From the NCBI GenBank assembly GCA_951406725.2, contig OX597831.1:39866001-39930000 (forward strand): DNA of 64,000 nt, given 5' to 3'. The DNA comes from Octopus vulgaris. Lineage: Eukaryota. Positions 27,176 to 39,181 of this stretch are shown here, in pieces (the stretch's first letter is position 1; the number at the start of each line of letters is the position of its first letter). The notes beneath the pieces were generated by a model. That model ran no database searches, had not been told where the DNA came from, and saw nothing but the letters and a program-made list of their open reading frames with translations. The position numbers and the translations under genes were made by a program.

Positions 27176-28053
27176 AATGTGTGTATAATGTACATATATG
27201 TATGCTCACATACTTATATATGTACACAACTATATGTGTGTAGATAATGCACATATGTATACATACATGTATATAAATATGCATATATATATATGTATAT
27301 AAATAAAATATACGTATGTATGTATACACATATATACATAATATATATACACACATCACACACGCACACATATACACACACATTGTGTGTGTGTGTGTGC
27401 ATATATATATTTTTTGTGGTTGTGAGTCTATGTACATGTATGTATGTGTGTGTGTGCATTCATACATTTTAACATGCATACATAGACATGCACACAAACA
27501 CACACACACAGACACACACACGTGCATACGATTTGGTCGTTGGTTCTGTGTAGGGTTGTCCCTGTGCAAATATCATGGTTTGAGTAAACTGCCTGCACTT
27601 TGATGTCACTGGCAATATTTGAGTTTTCCTCATAATCCATTCGATTCCCATGGCCGCAGTTCACTGCATTCTACTGCAAGAGTTTTCTAAACTGGACGGC
27701 AGGGGACACACACACATACAGACACTAAGTAGGGGAAGTTAAGAGCATAGTAAGGTGACATCATAATAATAATAACAACAACAACAATAATAATAATAAT
27801 AACAACAACAATAATGATAATAATAACAGTAATAATAATAATAATGATGATGATGATAGAAATAATGACGATGATGATGATCGTGAGGTGGGCAGCAAAA
27901 TAAATGAAAAACCTATAAAAATGAAAGAGATGATAAAAATAGCTAATCAAATTATAACGAATTCATTGGCATTGGTTTACATTAGGTGTGAAAATGTGGT
28001 AGTACTACAACTACAGTGACTAAATCACTAAGACTCATGGTTTAGTTGTGGTG

Positions 28054-28094
<41 letters not shown>

Positions 28095-28269
28095 TGTGGT
28101 AGTAGTTCAGTGTTTCATGCTGGAAGATTTCTAAGTCATCCATATCTATTGAAGTCCCCCGTGTAAAAATGATAATAATCATCATCATAATAATAGTAAC
28201 AACAACAATAATAATAATATATATGTGTGTGTGTGTAATGTGTGCTTATGTGTGTAAATGTATTATATA

Positions 28270-28318
<49 letters not shown>

Positions 28319-29256
28319 ATGGGTAGGGATATTTATATGGAAAGCTTGCGGTGAAGCTATTGATAAAAACTGTGAAAGTAACGGACAACAATTGCAACTA
28401 CTACAACAAACAAACCACTTTACTGTGATGTGTTTTACACCTGTGTGTGTGTGTGTGTGTGTTATTTATTATTTATTCTCTCTTTGACTGTCCATTACTA
28501 GAGGAGAGTAAACTCCCCATCGTTTCGGTGGCACAACTTGTGGGTGTATAGACGCAGGTATGTGTTTGTGTTTAAGCATATGTGTGTGTGTGTGTTTCTA
28601 TGTGTGTATGTTTGTATATATGTTGAGTGTATTAGTACATGTTCATGTGTATGTTTTTCTATGTGTGTATGTTTGTATGTTGAGTGTATTAGTACATGTC
28701 CGTGTGTGCGTGTGTGTGTATCTATCTATGTATGTCAGTTGTATTAGTGCATATCTTTAGGTCTATGTGTGAATGCAGTGGCGTGGAACATACCGGAACC
28801 ACTGACTGGTGCTTGTTTGTTAGTTTCCTGAGAGAGAGACATACAGACAGACAGAGAGAGTCTGAGAGACAGAGTGGGAAGCGGTTGGGAAGCTTAGTTC
28901 TACTGGTTTAATTTTTAATATTTAGATTTGTCACAGGATTTGATTGAATTTCAGGCAATTAATTGATGTCAGCAACGTGACTTAATGCTTGCTAATGAGC
29001 CAGCCACCACCGACTAACAAACTAATGAGCTAACAGGTCTCTCTGAACAAGAGTTCCAGCTCTGATTGTAGTCAGTTTTGCTTCTCATTCTTGTGAGGTC
29101 CAGAGATGTAGGTCGACTGCTTTGTAGGCTGGCTGTGGTTTCAGATCTAGTTTAAGTCCCTCTGTATGACACCTTTGCTATGTCTCCTACTATAGCCCCT
29201 GACTAATCATTGCCTTGTGAGTAAATTTGGTAGGTGGAAACTGTGTGGAAGTTCAC

Positions 29257-29294
<38 letters not shown>

Positions 29295-29297
<3 letters not shown>

Positions 29298-29475
29298 GAA
29301 ATTTATAGAAACACTAAAGACGAAGACAAGTGTATGACAAGTGTATTAGTTTAACACTTGGGAAAAGGAAAAAGTCTAGATTTTGAGCCTATGCTCTTCA
29401 ACAGAAAGGAATAAGAAAAAATAAACAGAGAGAAAATGAAAAAAAACTTGTAGGTTTCAGTAATTCAGCATGGTG
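29295..29475 (-). mobile_element. (TA)n-embedded short element with a decayed hammerhead-like core
   Basis: Flanked by (TA)n. Minus strand reads CTGTTGA a GAGC atag GCTC AAAA, with a layout similar to 48261-48470. Confidence 0.45.
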
Positions 29476-29487
29476 TATATATATATA

Positions 29488-29679
29488 TCATCATCATCAT
29501 CATCGTTTAACGTCCGTTCTCCATGCTAGCATGGGTTGGACGGTTCGACCGGGGATCTGGGAAGCCAGAAGGCTGCACCAGGCTCCGGTCTTATCTGGCA
29601 AAGTTTCTACAGCTGGATGCCCTTCCTAACGCCAACCACTCCGAGAGTGTAGTGGGTGCTTTTTACGTGCCACCTGCAT
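29488..29679 (-). mobile_element. SINE/LINE-tail family C with (GAT)n tail
   Basis: (cat)n cgtttaacgtccg...gctggatgcccttcctaacgccaaccac. Relatives at about 8002-8230, 17399-17554, 24045-24265, 36443-36760, 46484-46580, 48633-48730 and 62840-63000. Confidence 0.8.
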
Positions 29680-29685
29680 ATATAT

Positions 29686-29886
29686 AAGAATAATGGAAAC
29701 TGGAGGCAAACACTCAAGATTGTTATTTAAATCACCATATCACCAACATATGTTTCAATAGATTCACTAAAATAAATCCACCATTTTAAGCACATTCTGA
29801 ACTAGAAGGTAAAAGGAACTAAATATTGGTGATGTAAATGATTTAAATTACATATTGAGCGCTTGTCTTCATTTTCCATTATTCTT
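29686..29886. mobile_element. Internally deleted second copy of the inverted-terminus hammerhead element
   Basis: Starts aagaataatggaaactggaggcaaacac...atatcaccaacatatgtttcaat and ends ggtgatgtaaatgatttaaatt...cattttccattattctt. Both ends are homologous to the termini of 34309-35203, and the left end abuts (TA)n. Confidence 0.65.
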
Positions 29887-30815
29887 AGGTTCTCCAAAAC
29901 ATATCTGTATATAATAGAATTGTAAATTCAGAAACCAATTCAGGTAAAGAAGGCTAGCTCACCAGAAAATCACCATTACTCAAACGACTCAACTCTCCAT
30001 TTTTCTCCCCACTTTTGTTCCCTTCTCTCTTTCCACTCTCATGTAATTTATTGTACACTGAAATTATTATCACATGAAGAAGGATGTGAAACAGCTGTAA
30101 TCCTAAGTATGACAAGTGGTTAAATAACCATATTCACTCTCTCATCCTCCCCCTTTGTTTCTTCACTCAGGTTCCCTCCTATCTCTCCCACCCCCGCTGT
30201 GGACCCCTCCTCTCTCTCTTTCTCTCCTATTTCTCTGTTCCCCTCCCTCTGAATGTGTTGCTTGAAAGTTCCCAGGATAAAAAAAAAACAACAAACAAAA
30301 CAATTTAAATTGTGAGGCCTCTACCAAGCCTTTCACCTCCACACCATGCCCCTCTTTATAGATATGACAAAGGACAAGAAAGAAAGAAAGACAGAAAGAA
30401 ACATATTGATTGATTTGTAGAGTGAAGATTAAACTCCATACGCTAATAGGTTAATGTATAAAAAAATATCAGAAATGCATTTAAATACTACATCTAAGAA
30501 AAAAAAATATACATAGATAGATATCTTTTTAGATATCACTTTAGATGGCATTTTCGTTCCTGGTTCATTCTTGATCATAATGTCTAATTGTCCCTGGTTG
30601 ACCCAGTGTCAAACAGCAACAGCCTGTGTGATTGTTTCAGGCCTGTCATCAACTGAAACAGAGACCCATAGAGCCCTCTGGCTGACTGCTGGCATTAGAT
30701 AAATATGACATTGACATGATGTACAATTTAAAATTAAATCTTTAATATAGTGAAGTCCATTGTGGGTGATGGGCGCAAGTCATTTTTAATGTCTGTGTCA
30801 TCATCTTTTCGTAGG

Positions 30816-30925
30816 AAGGAGTGGCTGTTTGGTAAGTAGCTTGCTTACCAACCACATGGTTCCAGGTTCATTCCCACTGTGTGGCACCTCGGACAAGTGT
30901 CTTTTACTATAGCCTCGGGACAACC
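30816..30925 (+). mobile_element. SINE family A 5' fragment
   Basis: ggagtggctgtttggtaagtagc...ctatagcctcggg. Confidence 0.8.
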
Positions 30926-31719
30926 TATATTAAAGATTTTCATTTTTTTTTTTTTTTTTTTTTTTTGTAAAACAACCGAAGTTGCACCTTTAGTGACATT
31001 ATACATTGTATCTCTTTACTTCATTTTTCAGATATTATATGGGTATTAACGCAAGGGGACCATTAGCTGCTATGAGTTGCTGTTTAAAATGGATTAGATA
31101 GAATCAGTCTCCTTATAATTCGTTGTAGCAGTATCAGTTGTTATTGCATTTCCAGTTCTTTGTCCTTTGGCTATCAATTCCCCGCCAACTCTGTCTTTTA
31201 AGCTTCTCATGCATTGTCTGTTGGCTTAAATTTTTAAAATCCTTTTCTGCCAGTTTTCTTCCAATTCTTGTTCACCGACTATCAACCCTCCCCCACCTCC
31301 AAACCATTTCAGTGCCAGTGTATCCTGGATAACATGTCTTTTCTGGACAGATTTTTTTTTTCTTCATTTTCTAGTTTATTTTATTGGCGTTTTGTTTTTG
31401 TTTTTTTCTTTTTCTGTGTACTGAAGAAGTTGTCTTAGATTTCATGTTCTTGAAGGACTCTCCTTATTTATTTTGACTTTTTCAAAAATTTTCCCTCTAT
31501 TTTCTTTTTTTTTTTTTTTTGCTTTTTTTTTTTATTTCTTCAGCAGATTTAGAATTGGTTCATTGTGTTAGTCACAAGACCCACCCATGATATTAAAAAG
31601 AATCCACACGCCAGATTATGGATGTATGCATATCTGAATGAATGTCTGTATTTGTGTGTTTATGTGCATATATGTCATTGTGTGTTTATGTACATATATA
31701 TATAAATGTATTTATGTAC

Positions 31720-32070
31720 ATGTGTATGAATGTATGTATTTGTGTATGTGTACGAATCTATTTGTGTATGTGTATGAATGTATGTATTTGTGTATGTGTA
31801 CAAATGTATGTATGTGTATGAATGTATGTATTTGTGTATGTGTACGAATGTATGTATTTGTGTATGTGTACGAATGTATGTATTTGTGTATGCGTACGAA
31901 TGTATGTATTTGTGTATGCGTACGAATGTATGTATTTGTGTATGCGTACAAATGTATGTATTTGTGTATGTGTACGAATGTATGTATTTGTATGTGTACG
32001 AATGTATGTATGTATGTACGAACGTATGTATTTGTGTATGTGTACGAATGTATGTATTTGTGTATGAATG
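31720..32070. repeat. 26-bp minisatellite gtacgaatgtatgtatttgtgtatg(t/c)
   Basis: Directly visible tandem array. Confidence 0.9.
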
Positions 32071-33923
32071 TATGTATGTATGTATTTATGTGTATGCGTG
32101 TACGATTGTATGCATGTGTATATATGAATGTACGTGTGTATTTACTTCTGTATGTATATATTATTTTGTGCTTCTGTATGTGTCTGTGTCTCTATTGATG
32201 TGTATGCATGTATGTGCGGGTTGCTTTCTTTCATTCCCTCTTCACTGAATAGAAACCAGTTGCTGACAAAGTGACAGGGCTCTCGTGTTTGAATCAATCA
32301 AGACACTTCCAAGCATTTGCGTGCATGCGAGTGACAATGTGTGCATGTGCATACATGCATACAGATGCGTATCTCTGCGTGCATATGTGTGTGTTGTACG
32401 TGTCCCCGTGTCTATGATTATATGACTATACAGCTTTATGCACATGAGAAGGGTATTTCGGATTCTCCTCTGCTTTGATTTGACTATACATATATATTTA
32501 TATATATACATATACATACATACATACATACTTATAGATATATAAATATATATATATGTATGTATGTATGTATGTATATGTATGCTTATGCACGCATACA
32601 TTTATATATATATAAATGTGTATGTGTGTGTGTGTATATATGTATGTATGTATATATATATATGTATATTTCTATATATGCCCATTTATGTGTCCATTTA
32701 CATATGCACATTAATGTATACTTATATGTATACATAGACACATATGTATACACATCTCGATATGTATTCTCCACTCTATGTATTTACATATGTATTTCTC
32801 TCTCTCTGCCATACACACACACATATATATCTAAAGACCTGTCTTTCTCTACATGTATTTGTGGGTGTATCCATGATTGTGTCTGTCCCTATATTTGTAT
32901 ACAGGCATGCAGGATTGTGGAGCTATAGAGAAGACCACTACAACTCTGTGTTTGAAACAAATGCCTTTTGTTCAATCCTACCTTGAGTATAATGTGTTCT
33001 AATGGGTTTGGGCGTGGAAATGGAGTACCTGACTACAAAGGGAGAATATAATGTTTGCAAGCATGGTATTGATAAAGTTGCAAAAGGTATAGCTTATGTA
33101 GTTCACTGGGAAATTTTGTCATAAAGGTACAGGAGATTGGTAAAAGTCAGCAACTTCATACTGATTGTGTTCTTGTGGTTCCATCATGCTTCTATATAGG
33201 GGCAACTTTTTGATCTAAGGTGGACCTAAGTGTTCAGCAAGGGCTGCAACACCAGCCGTTTCCAACTTTCCCTTTACCCAACAAACTGAAGCCAGTGTTC
33301 ATCATCATCATCTTCTCCACCATCACCAGCATCATTGTCGTAATCATTCAACATCTGTATTCCATGCTGGCATGCATTGGTCAATTTGATTGGGAACGGC
33401 TATCCAGAGGACTGTGTCAAGGTCCCTTGCACCTCCTGTATGTAAGGGACCAATGTCTGTTCTAGCTGTGAACATTGCTGAATTCATTAACAGGCAACAG
33501 TGTATCTAGGACTATGTTGTGTTACTCAATGTGTCCATGCCCTCCACCTCTTTTTAATGAGATATGTGTTGGAGGAAAGTTGGCTGTTGGTTCTAGCAGG
33601 TCAGATGACCACTTAATGGTTCCTACGTTGGCTTGTGTCTATTAAGACATTTTGTCAGTGTTTGTATATTAGACACAAGCATGGGGTCGGGGGGGGGGGG
33701 GGCACATCATTGCTCATCATCATCATTGTCGGATCTGCTTTTCTATGCTGGTATGGGTTGGATGAAACTTTTGAAGCAATGTTTTATCACAGGATACCCT
33801 TTCCGAATCTTTCAGTGACACACAGTTACGGGAATAACCAATTCATCCATCAGCTCATTTGTCCATCTCTCTCTCTCTCTCTCTCTCTACATACATGCAT
33901 GCATATATGTGTGTGCGTGTATG

Positions 33924-33970
<47 letters not shown>

Positions 33971-34128
33971 CAGGAAATAATTTCTACCTCTTTTTATGGA
34001 GACAAAAGGGTTTATAAGACTGCAAAAAAGAGGTGCTCAAATGAAATTGAGACAAAAAAAAAAAAATCATTGATTAGAGGACAAACATTGACTCGAATTT
34101 CATGTTTGTACTCTAATCAATGTCTTCA

Positions 34129-34175
<47 letters not shown>

Positions 34176-34483
34176 TTAATTTACAAGGAAAGATCCAGAG
34201 GAACAGTTACCAGGGTAGCCAAATGTCACACAAGCGCCTAAGAAATTAGTAACCACACTTGCATGGCTGATAATTCTGAGGAGAAGTGAGACGTGTTTTG
34301 GAGAAAACAAGAGTAATGGAAAATGGCGACAAATGCACAAGATCTTATTTAGATCATTTATATCACCAACATACGTTTCGATTGATACATAAAAATAGAT
34401 CCAAGAGGCAAAAACACACTTTCAGCTATTTTATATATCTTCCCCCTTACCTAATAATATCTGTAACTTTCACTTTATTCTTT

Positions 34484-34794
34484 GTGGAGGCACATGGCCT
34501 AGTGGTTAGAGCAGCGGACTCGCAGTCGGGGGATCACAGGTTCGAATCTCAGACCGGACGATGTGTGTTTTTACGAGCGAAAACACCTAAGCTCCATGCG
34601 GCTCCAGCAGAAGGTAATGGCAAAACTTCTGCTGACTCTTTCGCCACAACTTTCTCTCACTCTTTCCTCCTGCATCTTGCAGCCCACCTGCGATGGACCG
34701 GCGTCCCATCCAGGTGGGGAACCTATATGCCAAGATACCAGGAAACCGGCCCTCTCGAGCCAGGCATGACTCGAGAAGGAACAAACAACAACAA
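34484..34794 (+). mobile_element. tRNA-derived SINE with a V-domain-like motif and 12-bp TSD
   Basis: TSD actttattcttt at 34472-34483 and 34795-34806. A-box tggcctagtgg, B-box ggttcgaatct, motif cctgcgatggaccggcgtcccatccagg and (aac)n tail. Confidence 0.9.
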
Positions 34795-35056
34795 ACTTTA
34801 TTCTTTTCATCCCATACATCCCATTCTTTCCTTTATCATTTCTATCCATTTGCCATTCACTTTCTATTTGTTTATACCTCCATTACTCCTTTAATTCTCT
34901 TTCTCTCTTACTTCTCTTTTTCTTTCCTCCTATGACATCAAATTTCCTAACGGTATTTCAAAATTACTTGCTTTCCCTATCCACATTTGTTTTTCATATA
35001 TTATATATCGTAGTTTCTTACACCTGTAAAAATGGCTTATTAATGAGCACTGCTGT

Positions 35057-35154
35057 TTATAATCTCCCTGATGAGATTGATACATTATTCCACATTATTT
35101 ATCCTCTCGGGGTTTATTTTAATGCATCAATTGAAACATATGTCGGTGATATAA
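35057..35154 (+). ncRNA. Type I hammerhead ribozyme motif (Penelope-like minimal type), apparently intact
   Basis: Core CTGATGA at 35068-35074 and GAAA at 35133-35136. Stem II gattgatacatta (35075-35087) pairs with taatgcatcaatt (35120-35132), 13 positions with 1 mismatch and a closing G.U. Stem III is A-T plus C-G closing a palindromic ATAT loop. Cleavage triplet GTC at 35142-35144. Stem I ttataatctcc/ggtgatataa has 1 mismatch and 1 bulge. Confidence 0.8.
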
Positions 35155-35269
35155 ATGATTTAAATAACATCTTGTGTGTTTGTCTCCATTTTCCATTACT
35201 CTTATACGCACACACACACATACACACACACTTCAAAAGAAAATTAAGAAAATGGAGATATAGCATTAA

Positions 35270-35490
35270 CCCTTTCATTACTGTATTTATTTTGAGATGC
35301 TCTGTGTTTCTTTCAATTACTTTAAATATAACAAAGAATTTAGAAAAATAACTTAGTTATCATTAAGCTAGTGTTAGAAACATAAATTGTGACCAAAGTT
35401 TGGTGGAAGATTTTAATTCAAAACTTATGAAAACAAGACATTTGTACTACAGAGCCAGAGCCGGTTTCAGCCGGGTTGGTAATGAAAGGG
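35270..35490. mobile_element. piggyBac-type MITE (family P1)
   Basis: TTAA on both sides and a perfect 12-bp TIR ccctttcattac/gtaatgaaaggg. Confidence 0.9.
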
Positions 35491-35526
35491 TTAATATAAT
35501 TTATTATCTGCAAAAATCCAACATAT

Positions 35527-35612
35527 TCTCTTACAGCTGTTTTAATTAAGCCTAAAAGATTAAATAACAATAATTAAATCATTATATTAGGCAAAATCTC
35601 ATCAGTGGGGTA
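35527..35612 (-). ncRNA. Degenerate hammerhead motif of a second family
   Basis: Minus strand reads CTGATGA gattttgcctaa...ttaggcttaatt AAAA C AGCT GTA. Stem II and the palindromic stem-III loop are retained, GAAA is mutated to AAAA, and stem I is weak. Confidence 0.5.
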
Positions 35613-37119
35613 GAAAAAATATACCGTTAGGTTATTAGGTGTTGTGTTTTCAAATCATCTCAGCAGACTATATTATTTTGTGGTTAATATTGGTATAAAC
35701 CTGAGCCAGGGGGTCATAGGTTATTTTAGTGGGTAATAGATAATGGGAATATAATTAGGGTAGTAATTAGTAAATAAATAAAGGTTAGACAGTGAGTTAC
35801 AGTGAATAATAATATCATGAATGAGGGGAAAAAATAAATGAATACTTTTGTAATTTGTTTATGGAATTGAGGGAAATTGTTATGAAAATATAGTTAAAAC
35901 ATTATTGAACTATTCACAGTCCTGTCTGTGTTTTAATTATAGTGTCATGCGGAAACACTGTTTATAATGCAGCTGGTCTTGTTCTCAAGTGCAGGGAATA
36001 TATTAGAATTGTCATCTTTTGAATGCATTACATTGAGTATTGACTTGTGACCAAAATTTTGGTTAATGTCTTTGGTGTGAAAACTGTCGGAAACAAACGA
36101 ACAGTTTTCTTAAGTAAATAAATATTTATGTGATTATTTATATGAACTGAATGGAAAAGTAAATACAAAACGAATGAATAAATATTTGTAAGATGAATTT
36201 AAATAAAATTTTAATGCGTAGATGGAAAAAAAAAAAATAAAGCAAAGACTTTTTTAATGAGTTAATTACAAGAAAATATAAACAAGGAAAATGAAAAGAA
36301 AATTGAAATACAGGATGGGTTATTACATAGCAGAACAAGGGGAGACACATGGGATAAAGAGTTGCTGCAGAGGTCACAGGATGTGTGGTCAAAGAAAGAA
36401 AAATATTGATAATATAACTTGAGTTGAAGACCAAATATATAATCATCATCATCAACATCATCATTGTTTAATGTCCACCTCCCATGCTGGCATGGGTTGG
36501 GTGGTTTGACAAGAGCTAGCCAGGCAGAAGACTGCACCAGATTTTTGTGTCCGTTTTCGCATAGTTTTTACAGCTGGATGCCTTTCCTAACACCTGTCAC
36601 CTTGCAGAATGGACTGAGTGCTTTTCACATTACACGAGCACAGGTGACGACAGTTTTGGCATAGTTTTTACAACTGGATGCCCTTGCAAACACTGACCAC
36701 TTTACAGTGTGGACTGGATGCTTTTTACATGGCACCAACACTGACAGGGTCACCAAGTACCTTGCAGGACAAAAGATCCTTTGAGAGGGGATGCGATATT
36801 GGTGGGGGGGGGGGGTGATCTTGTGGTAGATGATGAAAGGTTAGAGTGTGACAGAGAGACAGAAACCAGTGTCTTGTGTGTGTTTAATTGGCAAAATATG
36901 ACCACCCCCTAGTATACCAATATCTATTCCAACAAATTATCTCACATTAAAAACCTTGCAAAACCAATATGTAAAAATTAATGTTTTGAAATAAAAACAA
37001 AAAAATGGTAATGTGAAGAAGATAAAATTCTGTAAAGGAAAATATATAAGAAACTGAACATGGCAGTGCCCCAGCATGGCCACAGCTCGTGAGCTGAAAC
37101 TAGAAGAAATGAGATGAAA

Positions 37120-37379
37120 TGGATGTGGCCGGTTTGAACATGAAGCAGGTAAAACATCGGGGCTCAATGTGGTTGGTTTAAATGCTAATGGGTTGACCTT
37201 TTAGTATTCAAACTGACCATATTTGGCCAAAACATTCTACCTGCTTTATGCTCTAATTGGCCAAATCTGGCCCCTCTCACATACCCTACAATGTCATTAT
37301 GAAAGTAAACGAGCATGTCACTGAAATCTTGTGAATAAAGAAATATTACAATTGATCAAATAATCTGAATGCTAAAGGG
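37120..37379. mobile_element. Two decayed P2 MITE pieces joined end-to-end in inverted orientation
   Basis: 37120-37192 is a P2 right end and 37197-37379 is a reversed P2 copy, with junction gggttgacctttt. Confidence 0.65.
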
Positions 37380-38244
37380 TGAAAACTTTTGTTTTTATGT
37401 TTCTGTTGTAAATATACACCATGCACGTCTCAATGAATTTTGGAAATAAGAAAGAATTGAATGGAATAAGTTTGGTATCGGTCCCAGCTCTGAAATTGCT
37501 GGCCTTGGGCGAAAATTCGAAACTGTTGCTATTGTTATTAAGTTGGTTTTTGTGACACAAATTAACTTGAAATTGTAATGAAAGATTTTAATTGAGATAG
37601 TTTTAAAATAGAAAGCTTTGTACCAGAGGTCTGGAGGTGGTCTCAGGCGGGTAGCTCTCAAAAGGTTTGGTCTTATTGTTTACCATATTTCTGCTGGAAT
37701 GCACTGGCTTTGTTTGAATCAGTTTCGAAAATAAAGAAGAATTTATTCGACTAATTTTGTCATTTAACATATAAAAAATATTTCGACGGAACATTTTGAT
37801 GTGGATCATAATAAAACAGGAAGATTGTATCATTGAACCTGGGCAGGGTGTGGTGGCGAGAGAGGATTCTGGTGAATTAAAGATGAAATGGTTTACTATA
37901 CAAATACAGACAAAAACAACAAAAAACACAAAACAAATATCTACTCTTTTAGGTATGGCTCATTGACATTGAAGAAAGGGGAAAAAAATTGAAACAAGGC
38001 GAGTGTTAAAAGAAGTATTAAATGATCTGATGATAACGATTGTACACAAACAGTGTTTGTAACGGAAATCTTATTTGCTCTATTTTTGGCTGGGGTACTT
38101 AATGAAGTTCTGCTCTGTGTTTATGTGTGGGCTGTGGTCTGTGTTCAATTTCAACTATTGTGTCATTTTGTCCCGCTAATTTGTTAACGTTTGTCCACTA
38201 CCCCCTTGAAACAAGTGCTTGTTAACCTCACTCCAGAGAGGTGT

Positions 38245-38277
<33 letters not shown>

Positions 38278-38402
38278 CACATGTGTATGTGCATTTTTAT
38301 ATACAAATACTTCTTTTACTCAAATTTTCACTCTTTTCCATATATAATAATAATAATATATAATGTATGTGTGTGTGTGTATATATATATATATATTGTA
38401 TG

Positions 38403-38447
<45 letters not shown>

Positions 38448-38958
38448 GAGTACAGGACATCATTAAAAGTGCAAGTAACGTGAAATACATAAATGAGAAA
38501 AAAAATGGAAAATAGGACAAGTAAACACAGAGAAAGGACCCTTCATATATATATGTATGTATGACGTATGTATATATATATATGTGTGTGTATATATATA
38601 TGCGTGTGTGTGTATATATATATGCGTTTGTGTGTATATATATATGTATATATACACACACATACACATACGCTATAAAGGATGTGTATATACATACATA
38701 CACCGCATATATATATATATGTGTATAACAAAAGAGGCAATGAAGGAAACAGCCTCCAGTCCTGTAGGTCAGTTTCCTTTCTGTTACATAAACATTTGTT
38801 CCCTCTTTGAGACGCACAGCCTCATTTCGTTTGTAGGTTCACATCTGTGTTGAGCGTATTTCCGTCACTGTCCTCACTGTCTGCAGCATTTGCTCATCAG
38901 TATTCCCAGCAGCTTCTCACTGTTGACATCGCCAAAAAATGAACAATATCATGGTTAA

Positions 38959-39181
38959 CCCTTTAGTGTTTGCATTATTCTGCCGAAAATTAATGCTTTT
39001 TTCATCTCCATTGATTTGAGCTAATCATGCATTATCTTGTAGCTATGAGATTTTAATGAGGTAGCTGTTAATTTTTAAAACGATATTGTAGGGTTGGTGT
39101 GAGAGACCAGATCTGGCCAGTTTGAACATAAAACAGGCAGAATACTTTTGGCCGGATATGGCCGGTTTAAATGCTAAAGGG
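38959..39181. mobile_element. piggyBac-type MITE (family P2)
   Basis: TTAA-ccctttag ... ctaaaggg-TTAA, homologous over its length to 47788-48007. Confidence 0.9.

Larger units (their letters stand above)
34309..35203. mobile_element. Non-autonomous hammerhead-bearing element with ~100-bp inverted termini (probably Penelope-like), interrupted by a SINE
   Basis: 34309-34408 is the reverse complement, with mismatches, of 35103-35203. The right end carries the full hammerhead and the left arm only its GAAAC/cleavage half. A related copy lies at 29686-29886. Confidence 0.65.

Noticed and set aside
31500-31546. Poly-T followed by CAGCAG acceptor (also near 31031)
   Set aside because: No downstream donor or coding frame. 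Poly-T runs generate such motifs frequently.
34488-34560. tRNA-like sequence (also at about 56835-56905 and 57860-57920 on the minus strand)
   Set aside because: SINE heads. There is no proper acceptor stem, and the 34488 head continues into a TSD-bounded SINE body.
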